A DNA stretch of 64,000 nucleotides from the human T2T-CHM13v2.0 reference genome, Homo sapiens: assembly GCF_009914755.1 (NCBI RefSeq), contig NC_060933.1; one strand, written 5' to 3'. Below the pieces are notes generated by a model. The model had not been told where the DNA came from, did not search any database, and worked only from the letters and a program-made list of their open reading frames with translations. Below are positions 1 through 16,620 of the stretch, piece after piece; within the stretch, counting starts at the first letter, position 1; each line of letters starts with the position of its first letter. The position numbers and the translations under genes were made by a program.

Positions 1-1187
1 GGACATCTAAACTATTACTGCAGACAATTCAAATGTTATTTGGGGTCATCTAGTAGACTCTGTGGAAACAAAAGTAAAGAGGCCCCAGAATAACTGACTT
101 TTCCAAGGGGCCACAATTATTTTCTGGCCAACTTGGAACAAAAACCTAGATCTCCTCAATTCCACTCTATTGTTCTTTCATTGAGTCCTAAACACAGATG
201 CATAAACAGAAAATAAAATCCTTCTGTTCTATGTAACTTGTGCAGGGTTTGGCAATATCAAAATTGCAGCACTGAGTATTAAGAGGCATTTGGAAAATTC
301 TGAAAATGAAGTAGGATACAGAACTCTGATACTGTAGATGAGCAGAACTGGTAAATAAAAGTGTATGAGGACTGTAGTTTCTAATAGGATAGTTGAGTTA
401 TTTTCTTCTGGTACCTTGAAGGCTCCAACCCAACATACAACTCTAAAACAAAATAAATTTTTCAACTAGATCACATTGAGTTCTACATGCATTCATGCAG
501 ACATGCATACATCTACATACACTGATGTAAATCAATAAAATATCCCATGTATCATTTATCATTTGCTTTTCTTGATTTTTAATTTCTACTTCATTCTTTC
601 CAAACATAGAACAGAGACTGAATATAGGTATATGGGAGGCCACGGAGATGAAATAAGCTCACTTCATTCACCATGAAAATTAAGAACCTGACAACCTCTT
701 TGTAGCTGAGAGTATCCAGACCAACTATCTTTGCTTTATAGGCAAGACTTCTGGAAAAATCAAGCTGACAAACTCTTAATTACCCAGTGTCCCTTGTCTG
801 TTTCAATAAGTACAATTATATGAGAATTCTTCTAGAGACAGAGAAGGGCAGCCTTACTATCACCATGACCATAATGTGGATATGATGGGCTCAAATTATG
901 TTAGAAGGGATGGAGCCTATTTCCCATTACTAATATTAATATAGTATAGCATTTAATATTCTCTTGGTTTTGTGCTAAATAATTTTTTCCATTCATTTAA
1001 ATGGATGGGCTATAATTGAGTCTGTAGTGTATGTACTGTTGAAAGCTGAATAAATCTTTGTGGGTTACTAGTATCACTTTTATAAGTCACAGGTTTCTAG
1101 GGAAGATCTGCTGAAAAACTCTCAGTCTAGTATTACATTTATAACAAAATTGTAATGTAGCCTTCAGCAAGTTAAGCTCATCTGTAA

Positions 1188-1506
<319 letters not shown>

Positions 1507-1509
1507 TAA

Positions 1510-5864
<4,355 letters not shown>

Positions 5865-6104
5865 AAGAAATACAGGATCAACTTACAGTGACTATAAGAC
5901 GTAGTAAGGAGAAGCAACGCCACGTACAAAAGCTTGACATAGAAAATTCCAAGTCAAAAAATACAATTAAAAACTAAGATGACCAAATTGAGTGGCTTCA
6001 GAAAATCCTGTGAAGTTCAAGTTTGATGCAACGGATGTCACGAGAAAATGAAACTACAGAAGTAGATGAAGCTGCCTCTAAATTTAAATCTGGATCCTCT
6101 ATAG

Positions 6105-6173
6105 CAGAGGTCCCCAACCTGCAGGCCACGGACAGGTCCAAGGCCTGTTAGGAACCAGGCTACACAGCAGGAG
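6105..6173 (+). mobile_element. MER1 (hAT-Charlie) 5' fragment inside the retrocopy
   Basis: cagaggtccccaacc...ggcctgttaggaaccaggctacacagcaggag matches the MER1A/B 5' end as recalled. Confidence 0.8.
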
Positions 6174-6945
6174 AGTTATTGTGGATCTTGTGGATCATCT
6201 GCATGCCATGTGAATCTTAAAACCAGTTTTCAATTACTACAAAAAAAAAAAAAAAAGCCTGCTTGGCTTGGGATGGGAATTGCATTATATCTATAGATGA
6301 GTATGGAAAAGAATGAACATCATAACAATGTTGAGTCTCTCAACCTATGAACAAGATATTTACTTAGGTCTTCTTTAATTTTTCTTAGCAATGCTTTTTA
6401 GTTATCAGTGTACAGATATTCCACATAGTTTGTCAGGTTTATTCCCAAGAATTTTATATTTTAATGCTATTGAAAATAGTATTATTTTAAAAATTTCAAT
6501 TCCTAATTGTTTACTTTTAACATATAGAAACACAATTGATTTTTGTATATCAGTTATACATCCTGCAGTGTTGCAAAACTCACTTGCTGGTTTCAGTAAC
6601 TTGGTAATGGATTTTATTTGGTTTTCTACATAGATGATCACATATGTGAATTGACAGTTTTACTTATTTATTTTCAATCTAAAGGCCTTTTATTATTCTC
6701 CTTCCCTCCCTCTTTCTCCCCACTCCCAATTAAAAAATGATTGCAGTGGCTAGAATTTCCAGTACAATGTTGAATAGAAGTGGTAAGAACTGACATCTCT
6801 GTCTTATTCTCAGTCTTAAGGGAAAGTATTCAGTCTTTCATCATTACATAGGATGTTAGCAGTAGATATCTTAAAGATGCCCTTCAACAGGTTGAGGAAA
6901 TTCTCTGTATCCCTAGTTTGCTGAGATTATTTTTTAAATAAAGAA
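6174..6945 (-). mobile_element. Old L1M ORF2 fragment, antisense, forming the retrocopy 3' UTR
   Basis: Minus ORF 6405-6641 MIIYVEN..SITKLLKPASEF..DIQKSIVFLY..KYKILG resembles degenerate L1 RT; the fragment lies inside the retrocopy TSDs. Confidence 0.85.
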
Positions 6946-7299
6946 TGATTGTTCAATTTTCAAAAACAAAACAAACAAAAAAGATACTTATACTTGCTGT
7001 CTCTACCTCAGGGGGCTCTTATAATAAACTCAATAGAGGTGTATATGCATGCATGTATTTCCAATATTTACAAATATTTAAAATGAATTCTGTAGAATGC
7101 ACTATGAAAAATCGTGATTGTGTCTCCCTCAAATAGTTCCAGACTCCATTAAAATTACCTAAATGAACAACACCCTATATATTTACAAACATAGAACTCC
7201 AAATACTGCTTCTTGCAGTACCCTGTCCCAACCATGCTGCCTTCTTCTTCACACTAGTCCTCAATTCAGACACTATGGGGATTCATTTACTAATCGGTG

Positions 7300-7960
7300 C
7301 ATACATTTAGTCATTCAAGATAATTTATTAATCCCCTACCAAATGCCAGGTACTGCCCTTTGGTATGTTTCACAGGTACATTGAGGAAATATAGCCATAA
7401 ACAAAAAATGATAAATATCTTCACCTTGTAGTTGGAGGGGGACACAAAAATAAATAAATGAATAATCTTATAAACATATACATAAATATATAAATAAAAA
7501 TAGATGGGTAAAATAAATAGTACATCAGATAATTGCTAGGGCGAAGTAGAAAACTGGGAAAGGAGATAAAGACTGTTAGATGGTGGGGGGAGGTTGCAAC
7601 TTGAAATTATGGGGGAGGTGAAATTTAAGAAGGAGCCTGAGGGTGTTCCAGGAAACAATAATGTGCATATCTGGGAAATGAGCCTTACAGGCAGAGCGAA
7701 CAGCCAAATGGGAAGGCTGTGAGGCAAGAATGTCCATGAGTATTTAGGGAACAGAAAGGGCACCAGTGTGTGAGGGAGAGAGGGATCAGAGTGGAGAGGA
7801 GAAGGAAATGATGTCAGCAAGGAAACGGAGAACATGGGTTGCTAGGGGTTTGGAGGCATTTAGAGGACTTTGGCTTTTGCTTTGAGCAAGCCATTATAGA
7901 GGTTTGAGTGATACAATCTGATTTAGGTTTTAACAGGATCTCTCTGGATGAATGTTAATT
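7300..7960 (-). mobile_element. L2 LINE fragment
   Basis: tcattcaagataatttattaatcccctaccaaatgccaggtactg (antisense L2 3' end) followed by purine-rich L2-like body. Confidence 0.7.
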
Positions 7961-8065
7961 AAAAATTGTAGAAAAGTAAAAAAAAAAAAAAAAATTAGGG
8001 AGACCAATTCCTTTACAGAAGTGATTTACTCAAATATTTGCTTTCTACTCAGTAAAGAAATAGAT

Positions 8066-8240
8066 CAGTGATGGGCAAAAAAATGGCCCATAGATCTTTT
8101 TGTATGACCTGTGAGCTAAGAATGATTCTTACATTTTGAAAGGGTTCTTGAAGAAAAAGAAAAAGGAGGAGAAAGGGGAACTACAGAAACTGTTTACGGC
8201 CTACAAAACATAAAATATTTAAAGTCTGGAAAATATTTGC
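8066..8240. mobile_element. MER58-like hAT DNA transposon
   Basis: gtgagctaagaatgattcttacatttt and ggcctacaaaacataaaatattta motifs. Confidence 0.55.
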
Positions 8241-9027
8241 TAAATCTTCAAGTAAAGGATGTAACTGGAAGTAGGTTCTCAATAAAATTGGAAACAGAAA
8301 TACATGAGAAAATAGTTGCTAAAAACATTGTGAAGCGATAGGTGTTAAGAAATGTCTATGGTTTCATTCCCAACCTTCACAATGTCATAATTTCCACTGA
8401 GATATTGAAAAATATGGTCGGTTTGTAAAAGAATAAACAAAAAGGCACTGTGTCACCTAGACAATGTCATACATAAAATTGTATAGTAATAACAAAAATA
8501 ATAACACAAAGTATTTTTATAGAACTTAAAATTTTACAAAGCATTTTCATGTTAATTACCTCATTTCACCTTCAAATCAACTGCATGGGAGAGGTATAAT
8601 TTCCTTATTAGAAATTACTGTATCCTAAATCTTTAGTGATTGATTGCTCAAAAAAAGTTGACATCATAAATGCTACATCTGTTAACAGAGGTTGGTTTTC
8701 TCCTATGAGAACATTGGATACTAAAATCAACAGGGACTTGTAGTAAAAAAGGATAGACCATGAACACATATTAGCCTTGTGTTCCTCCTGAAAACATACT
8801 TAAATAAAAGTATAAAGATACCGAAATTAGTAGACCAATAAAAGTCAAGAGATTGTGGAAGTCATCAACCACAGAAAGGTTTTGTTACATGTCTGGAAAA
8901 CAAAAAGTGAACTGGAGGGGTAATTAATAAAACAATCAAGAAGAGTATCTTAAGAAGCAACTGCACAAAGTCAGTCTGTTTTTGCTGAGCCTTCGGTATA
9001 GTCAAAGGCAGAAGTGTGTGAACAAAG

Positions 9028-9400
9028 TGAAACTGAAAGAGCCAATCCTGGACCCTGATTGGTTAACTGGACTCCAAGCAGCCATTGGCTGACTAGAGGT
9101 CACACAGGTACTTTGAATTCCCTCAAAATCCACACCATTTCAACCTGGGAACTTTCAGACATCACCTGAACCAACCAATTAGAGCTCGCCTGCCTAAGCC
9201 AATCAGGGCTCAGCTGTATGAACGAGGCAGGGCTTCTCTGTATCAGCTAATTAGAGCTCAGTTGCATCAAACTATTGGAACTCAGCTGTGTTGACCAATC
9301 TGAATTAAGCAAGTTTCTAACCTTTCATTTGTGTAAATGGACCTGAATGGGAACCTAGACAGAAAATTTCTGCTGTAAAACTCAAGCCTTCCCTGTAGGG
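9028..9400 (+). mobile_element. Old ERV LTR fragment with multiple CCAAT-type boxes (family uncertain)
   Basis: Repeated ccaatcag/ctcagctgt units followed by a TATA-like gctgtaaaa. Confidence 0.55.
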
Positions 9401-9476
9401 TGAACCGTGTAGCCTAATATAAAACCTACCAAGAGAATTGCATGGGGCTATAGAAGCAAAGCCAAAAGATTACACT

Positions 9477-9787
<311 letters not shown>

Positions 9788-9939
9788 CTACAGTCACACC
9801 CCCTAGGCCCTAGGAAGGGGGTGAGGATAGAAAGGGAAAATGAAAGAAAAAACAATAATACTATTATTATAGGGAAAGAAAGAAGAAAAAGAAGAAATAC
9901 TACCTGCACGGAACTAATTATAAAAGTTAGAAGTGCCAG

Positions 9940-10190
9940 TGTCTCCAGGTGAGAAGAAACCAGTCAAATAATGTTGGAACCATGAAAAATCTGAAAGTAG
10001 TGATACTACCAAAGGATTGCACTAGCTCTCCATCAATGGATGGAGATTTAGTTAGGTTTGATTCCTAACCAAAATGGAAACTCAGAAGTGACAGGTAAAG
10101 AATTCAAAGCATGGATTGCAAGGAAGCTCAATGAGATCCAAGACAAAGTTGGAAATCAACACAAAGAAACTGCTAAAGCAATCCAGGAAA
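9940..10190 (+). mobile_element. L1PB/L1M ORF1 N-terminal fragment
   Basis: aaagaattcaaagcatggattgcaaggaagctcaatgagatccaagac (KEFKAWIARKLNEIQD), typical of the older L1 ORF1 start. Confidence 0.7.
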
Positions 10191-11467
10191 GGAGAGGAAT
10201 GTGTAGTGACTGACAGCAAGGAGACAAAAGGTATTTTAGAGGAAAAAAGTCTATTTAATGAACTCCATAGGTCAGTAAAGTCTAGAGGACTCAGTATGTC
10301 CCCATATTGACTCTATATGACTTAAAATGGATTGTTGGTGATTAAGACAAGAAAAGGGGGAGTGAGAGTGTCAACCACAGTTTGCCAGCTATGGTTTATT
10401 GTCACTACCACAATTCCATCCCAAACTGGCCAACCCCAGATTCATTTTCTATGATTGAAAATTGTTCCTTTTTTTCCTCAAAAAAAGATAGAGGTGATTT
10501 TTTGTGGAATATCCTTGTCCAAATTTCCTTGTATTGTCCTGAAGCCCAAATATGCATTATTGTGTTTAATAATTTTTTTTCCTTTTTGGAGAATAAATGA
10601 AAATAATATGGTATTAATTTATTATTTTTAAATACGTCTGACATATCATCTTTCTTCCTAGTTCCTCTAGGAAGTCTTTGTCCAAAATTTGTACCAGTTT
10701 GTTTTGTTCCAGAAAACAAAATCAAGAGATTATTCCTAATTGAACTCTCTCCAAATGATAGCAAGGAATTATGGTTACATGCCATAACTGTAAACCATTT
10801 ATGCCGTGGTTAGAAAGGGCTGATAATATTTCTCCTCTTTTCAAACAAAATTTGGGTCTGAGCAAAAACTTTTTGTGTTCTACCAACCTCAGCCTTTTTG
10901 GGAATGGAACTCCAAATTTGCTCTGACATGCTATAAAAGGAATCTTATGAGGAGAGGGCTAAAACCAATTTTATAGTATGTTAATTATGTACAGTGTTAT
11001 TTTAAATAGATGTTTTAAAATGTAACATATGAAAAATTTTTAGAGAGCTCTGTTCTTGGTTCTGAAACTTCCGCATGTCATATATCTGATACACCACATC
11101 AGCCCCAAGAGAGAAAAACACATTACTGAAATAAGCCTGAGAAACAAGATTCAAACTAGACAAATCTCTGTAGGATTTTCAAATCTTTCTTGTCATGCTG
11201 AAGCTTCTAGCTCCTAGGACAGTAACACACATTTCTCTTTTCCTGACACTGAAGATCATGTCTCCTCTCTTGGGCATAAGAAGGTTTAGAGTGATATGTA
11301 GGTGACAATAATGTGTGGTGAGGAGTAGGTCCAGCTGGCATGCTCACAAAGACCAAATTGTGTTGATCATATTTTAATTCAATACATTTCTCCAACATTA
11401 ACTGGCAAATAAATTATATACTTGCTTTCTAGACATATTTCAGGAAGACCAGAAAACATGGATTCTT

Positions 11468-12794
11468 TTATTTTATTTATTTTATTATACTTTAAGTTTT
11501 AGGGTACATGTGCACAATGTACAGGTTTGTTACATATGTACACATGTGCCATGTTTGTTCGCTGCACCCATCGACTCATCATTTACATTAGGTATTTCTC
11601 CTAATTGTTGCGGGAAGTCAGGGACCCCAAACGGAGGGACCAACTGAAGTCATGGCAGAAGAATGTGGATTGTGAAGATTTCATGGACATTTATTAGTTC
11701 CCCAAATTAATACTTTTATAATTTCTTATGCCTGTCTTTACTGCCATCTCTAAACATAAATTGTGAAGATTTCAGGGACACTTATCACTTCCCCAATCAA
11801 TACCCTTGTGATTTCCTATGCCTATCTTTACTTTAATCTCTTAATCCTGTCAGCTGAGGAGGATGTATGTCGACTCAGGACCCTGTGATAATTGCGTTAA
11901 CTGCACAAATTGTAGAGCATGTGTGTTTAAACAATATAAAATCTGGGCACCTTGAAAAAAGAACAGGATAACAGCAATGTTTAGGAAACGAGAGATAACC
12001 TTAAACTCTGACCACCGGTGAGCCGGGCAGAACAGAGCCATATTTCTCTTCTTTCAAAAGCAAATGGGAGAAATATTGCTGAATTCTTTTTCTCAGGAAC
12101 ATCCCTGGGAAAGAGAATATGTGCTTGGGGGTGGGTCTGAACTGGCCCCCCTAGGTGTGGCCATCTTCTATGGTTGAAACTGTAGGGGTGAAATAGACCC
12201 CAGTCTCCCATAGTGCTCCCAGGCTTATTAGGAAGAGGAAATTCCCACCTAATAAATTTTGGTCAGACTGGTTGCTCTCAAAACCCTGTCTCCTGATAAG
12301 ATGTTATCAGTGACAATGGTGCCTGAAACTTCATTAGCAATTTTAATTTTGCCCCGGTCCTGTGGTCCTGTGATCTCGCCCTGCCTCCATTTGCCTTGTG
12401 ATATTCTATTACCTTGTGAAGTATGTGATCTCTGTGACCCACACCTATTTGTACACTCCCTCCCCTTTTGAAAATCCCTAATAAAAACTTGCTGGTTTTG
12501 TGGCTTGTGGGGCATCACGGAACCTACTGACATGTGATGTCTTCCCCAGTCCCAGGTCCTCCTCCCACCCCTGACTTGGGAGTGGGCCCAGCTTTAAAAT
12601 TTCTCTCTTTTGTACTTATTTCTCAAACCGGCTGATGCTTAGGGAAAATAGAAAAGAACCTTTGTGACTATTGGGGCAGGTTCCCTGATACTTAATGCTA
12701 TCCCTCCCCCAGCCCCGCAGCCCCCGACAGGCTCTGGCATGTGACGTTCCCCACCCTCTGACGTTCCCCACCCTGTGTCCAAGTGTTCTCATTG
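11468..12794 (-). mobile_element. Short 5'-truncated L1PA6/7-like 3' end, split by MER11
   Basis: Antisense tail ttattatactttaagttttagggtacatgtgcac; resumes at 12691; TSD aacatggattctt 11455-11467 / 12798-12810. Confidence 0.9.
11606..12690 (+). mobile_element. MER11 (HERV-K11/HML-8) solo LTR
   Basis: Starts tgttgcgggaagtcagggacccc, ends ggttccctgata; 1085 bp; 6-bp TSD cctaat/cttaat; aataaa at ~12480. Confidence 0.93.
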
Positions 12795-14109
12795 GAGAAC
12801 ATGGATTCTTATCCATAATAAATAAACTGCTGGTGAATTTCTTTCAGGATAGACCATAATGGGTCTAGAACATAATCTTTATATACTTAGATACCTCACA
12901 CAGGATCAAAAAGATCATCTGAGCTGCAAGGCTCCATTAGAAGAGAAATGTGGCATGACCCTGTGGGACAATTGCTGGTCCCTGCCCTACATTTTCTTAG
13001 AGGACTGGAGCCCACTGTGGGCCATGGTCAACTTATGAGTTGAGGTAAAGGCCTCATCCTAGGAGTGCATGTGCTTATTACACATATGCCACCGTGCAAA
13101 GTACCCAGAGAAAATACATGTAAATTGCCCATCTCGAGCGAGTTGTGCTCACTTCCTTTTACAAATTTGCTAAAACACTCCTTCGTTTTGTACTGGATAT
13201 TGCTAAAACAACATTTGGGCCTGAGACTCTTCTCCAGGTCATTCAGGTGGCAGTGGCCCAGCCAGGCTGTGAACCCGGGCTGTGTGATTCCACAGCTCAC
13301 GCTCTGGCCTGTGTGCCTCCTTATCGTGGAGACATGGTGTTTTCTCATTCTTTCCTGTAGCCGGATGGAGGTTCATTGCCTTGCTTCTGTCCCTCGGTGG
13401 AGATGGGCAATTTACTTCACACGTTTCTTCTCTGGTCTGCCTGCAGGCTCTCGGGCCAGCGGCCGCCCCTTGCCCTAAAGGCCTCTGCGCCTGCCCAGGA
13501 CAGCCAGGCCCTTTCTTATTCCTGTTCAACCCGCGGCGGCCTCCTAGGCCCTCCTCTCCAGGCAGCTTGTGTGGCACCCCTTGTCCTCTCCCACATGACA
13601 AGGGTGACCCTCTGGAGTTCCTGCAGGCTGTGGCCTCTGAGCCACCTGTTGGGAACTCCCGAAGGTTGCTGCACCCAGGGTCCCTGAGGACCCTCCTCCC
13701 GTCCGCAAGTTCGCCCTCCCGCTGCCTTCACCACCTAAGCAGGTCCCAGCCAGGCTCCCGAAGGAGACTGAGGGTAGGGCCGAAGAGGAGCCCAGAACAG
13801 TGACGCAGGAGCATCACGTAGAGACCCAGGAGCAGGATGACAAGAAAAGAGCCCCCGTAGCCACGGCAGGACTTCATCCACGTCTAGGGCCCTGGAGACC
13901 CAGGGAGACCTCACCTCCTTCGGGTGCAGGCCCGGGCCTCTGCAGGGAAATGCCCACCCCTACCTGTTGGAAAACCATTTGAGAGAGAAGGCCCAGGTGT
14001 CTCCAGTGAGTGGCTCCTTCTGGGAGGGCCATGAGGCCCCCAGCTCACACAGCCCTGCTGGAGGTGGCCTTCCCCTTGGGAAGCCTGACCCGGCTCCAGC
14101 AGTGCTCCT

Positions 14110-14135
14110 GGCCCCGGCCCCGGCCCCGGCCCCGG
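14110..14135 (+). repeat. (GGCCCC)4 hexamer repeat
   Basis: ggccccggccccggccccggccccgg; reads APAPAPAP in the NPAP1 frame. Confidence 0.95.
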
Positions 14136-15366
14136 GCTGCTCCCTGCAGCCAGAGAAGGCGGCCAGGAAGGTGCTGGATGAAGACCACCCACCCAGCTCT
14201 CCAAGCTTGCTGATGTCGGGGAAGAAGATGCAGGACAAGAAGCCTTCAGCTCTTCTGTCATGGAACTCTTGTCCACTCAGAGCTGCCAGCAACAGGCCCT
14301 GCGAAAGGAAAATGTGGATTCCACCGCTGCTGCTCCTGGCCCCACCCTGTGATTGATGTGGGATAGAAGTGAGTTGTCTCCACCTGCTAAGCTTCCCTGC
14401 CTGTCTATTGAGGGATACCTGGGCAACTTGGAGAACAGCATGGGGTGTAAACAGAACAGCAAAATCTTGGAGGATAAAATGGACAATTTGGAGCACAAAA
14501 CAGAGGCCAAGGCAAACTGCAGCACCATCCAGCCTGCCCCTGCTATCTCCCCACATGCGGAAACTTCAGACTCTCTGTCCCTGGCCACCTACACTTTGCA
14601 GGTCCCAGCTCCTCCTTCCACCCTTGACTTGGCTGAGCCGGCTACCAGACCCCGCTGCCTGTCTGTCACACCAAGAATATCCAAAATCCCTAACTCTCCA
14701 TTGTCTCTTCCCACTGACCTTGTTCCCATATTTTGGGTTCCACCTAATGAGGAAGGAGGTTCTTCTCATTCTGGAGTAGCTTCAGCATCTCCCACTTCTG
14801 ACCCCCTGACACCTAGCCCCACACCTTTCTCCTTCCGGCCTCCCTTCAGAAGGGAGTTCCCTACAGCTGTGTATGTGCATTCCCTTCCTCCTCTTTCCTC
14901 TCCCGCCCTTCTTCCAGGACCTTCCACCAGGATCTCTGTTACCACCAGCAAGCAGATAAATTTCAAAGCAGTCATTTTCACCATCACAGCAAACACATCT
15001 GCCCACCACACCTTGCAGCCTCCTTCAGATCCTCAGGTCCTCAATAGGGACACCACTTTCCCACCTAAGGCTGTGATGTTCAGAACTTCCTCAAGCTCCA
15101 GGATGAACTCTCTACTAGTTTCCCAAATTGATGGCAGTGCACAGCAGGGGCCCCCTGGTAAGACTCAACCTATATCACCCAGCTACATTTATATTCCCCA
15201 GCCCCACCCCTCAGCCCAAATTTTGGGTCCCTGATTTGGCCAAGGCAAACTGCAGCACCCCCCAGCCTGCACCTGCTGTCTCCCCACCTGCAGAGACTTC
15301 ATACTCCCTGTGCCTGGCCACCTACACTTCCCAGGTCCCAGGTCCTCCTCCCACCCCTGACTTGGG

Positions 15367-16620
15367 CATTGCCTCAGCCCACATCTCCACCAGTTTGCCT
15401 GCACAGCCAGTCATGAGACCAATGACAACTTCTAACCACACTGTAAATCTGGGAGCCACGGCTCCACTCACATTGGGGGCCCCTAATGGGCAGCAGTGGA
15501 AAGCCTGTCTCCCCAGTACCCCTGTTATTCTGAGCCATGATGGGATCATCATGGCTCATCCAGACACCTCCAGTTTAGGGAGCAGAACCTCTGCAGCATC
15601 ATCATCCATTCCTACCATTGACAGCAGTGCTGTGGATACCACCCTTATTGAAAAGCTGTCATCTTCCAGTCTGCCTCTGTCTCACGGAAGAAGTGTATCC
15701 TTGTCTCATCTGAGCCTCCTTGGTTCTGGGAATACAGATCCCAGTGGCAACATTGTCTCAGTTCATGTCTCCACCAGTTTGCCTGCACAGTCAGTGGTAG
15801 GACCAACTGTAACTTCTAACCACACTGTAAATCAGGGAGCCACTGCTCAGCTCACACTGTGGGCCCCTGATGGGCAGCAGTGGAAAGCCTCTCTCCTCAA
15901 TGGTTTTCTGAGACTTCCCAGACACCTCCAGTTTAGGAAGCAGTACCTCTGCAACATCATCTTTCCTTCCTACCATTGACAGCAGGGCTGTGGATACCAC
16001 CCATTTTTCAAAAGCTGCCATCTTCCACTCTGCTGCTGTCTAAAGGAAGAAGTGCATCCTGTCTTATCTGGGGCTCTCTGCTTCTACAAACAAACAACTC
16101 AATAGAAACACTGCCTCAGTTCACATCTCCACCAGTTTGCCTGCACAGTCAGTCGTAGGACCAACTGTAACTTCTAATCACGTTATACATCCGGGAGCCA
16201 CTGCTCAGCTCACATTGGGGGCCTCTGATGGGCAGCATTGGAAAGCCTGTCTCCCCAGTACCCCTGTTTTTCTGAGCCTTCCCATGATGGCTCCTCTAGA
16301 CACCTCCAGTTTAGGGAGTAGAACCTCTGCATCATCATCATCCATTCCTACCATTGGCAGCAGCACTGTGGATACGACTCCTTATTCAAAAGCTGTTGTC
16401 TTTCAGTCTGCTGCTGTCTCAAGGAAGAAGTGCATCCTATCTTGTCTGGTGTTTCATGGTTTTGGTAACACAGAACCCAGTGGCAACATTGTCTCAGCCC
16501 ACATCTTCACCAATTTGCCTGCACAGTCAGTCATGGGACCGATCCCAACTTCCCACAACGATGTAAATCCATGATCCACCTCCCAGCCCATATTTGGGGC
16601 TTCTCATGGGCAGGATAAGT
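15367..16620 (+). repeat. ~375-bp coding tandem repeat within the NPAP1 pseudogene (3 full units plus a partial)
   Basis: Anchor tctccaccagtttgcctgcacag (or variant) at 15384, 15768, 16126, 16504; spacings 384, 358, 378. Confidence 0.92.

Noticed and set aside
6241-6256. A16 run as the retrocopy poly(A) tail
   Set aside because: No upstream AATAAA or following TSD; it sits inside antisense L1 sequence. The true tail is at 6962-6979.
15367-16620. CRISPR-like array
   Set aside because: Long degenerate coding repeats without unique spacers, in human DNA.
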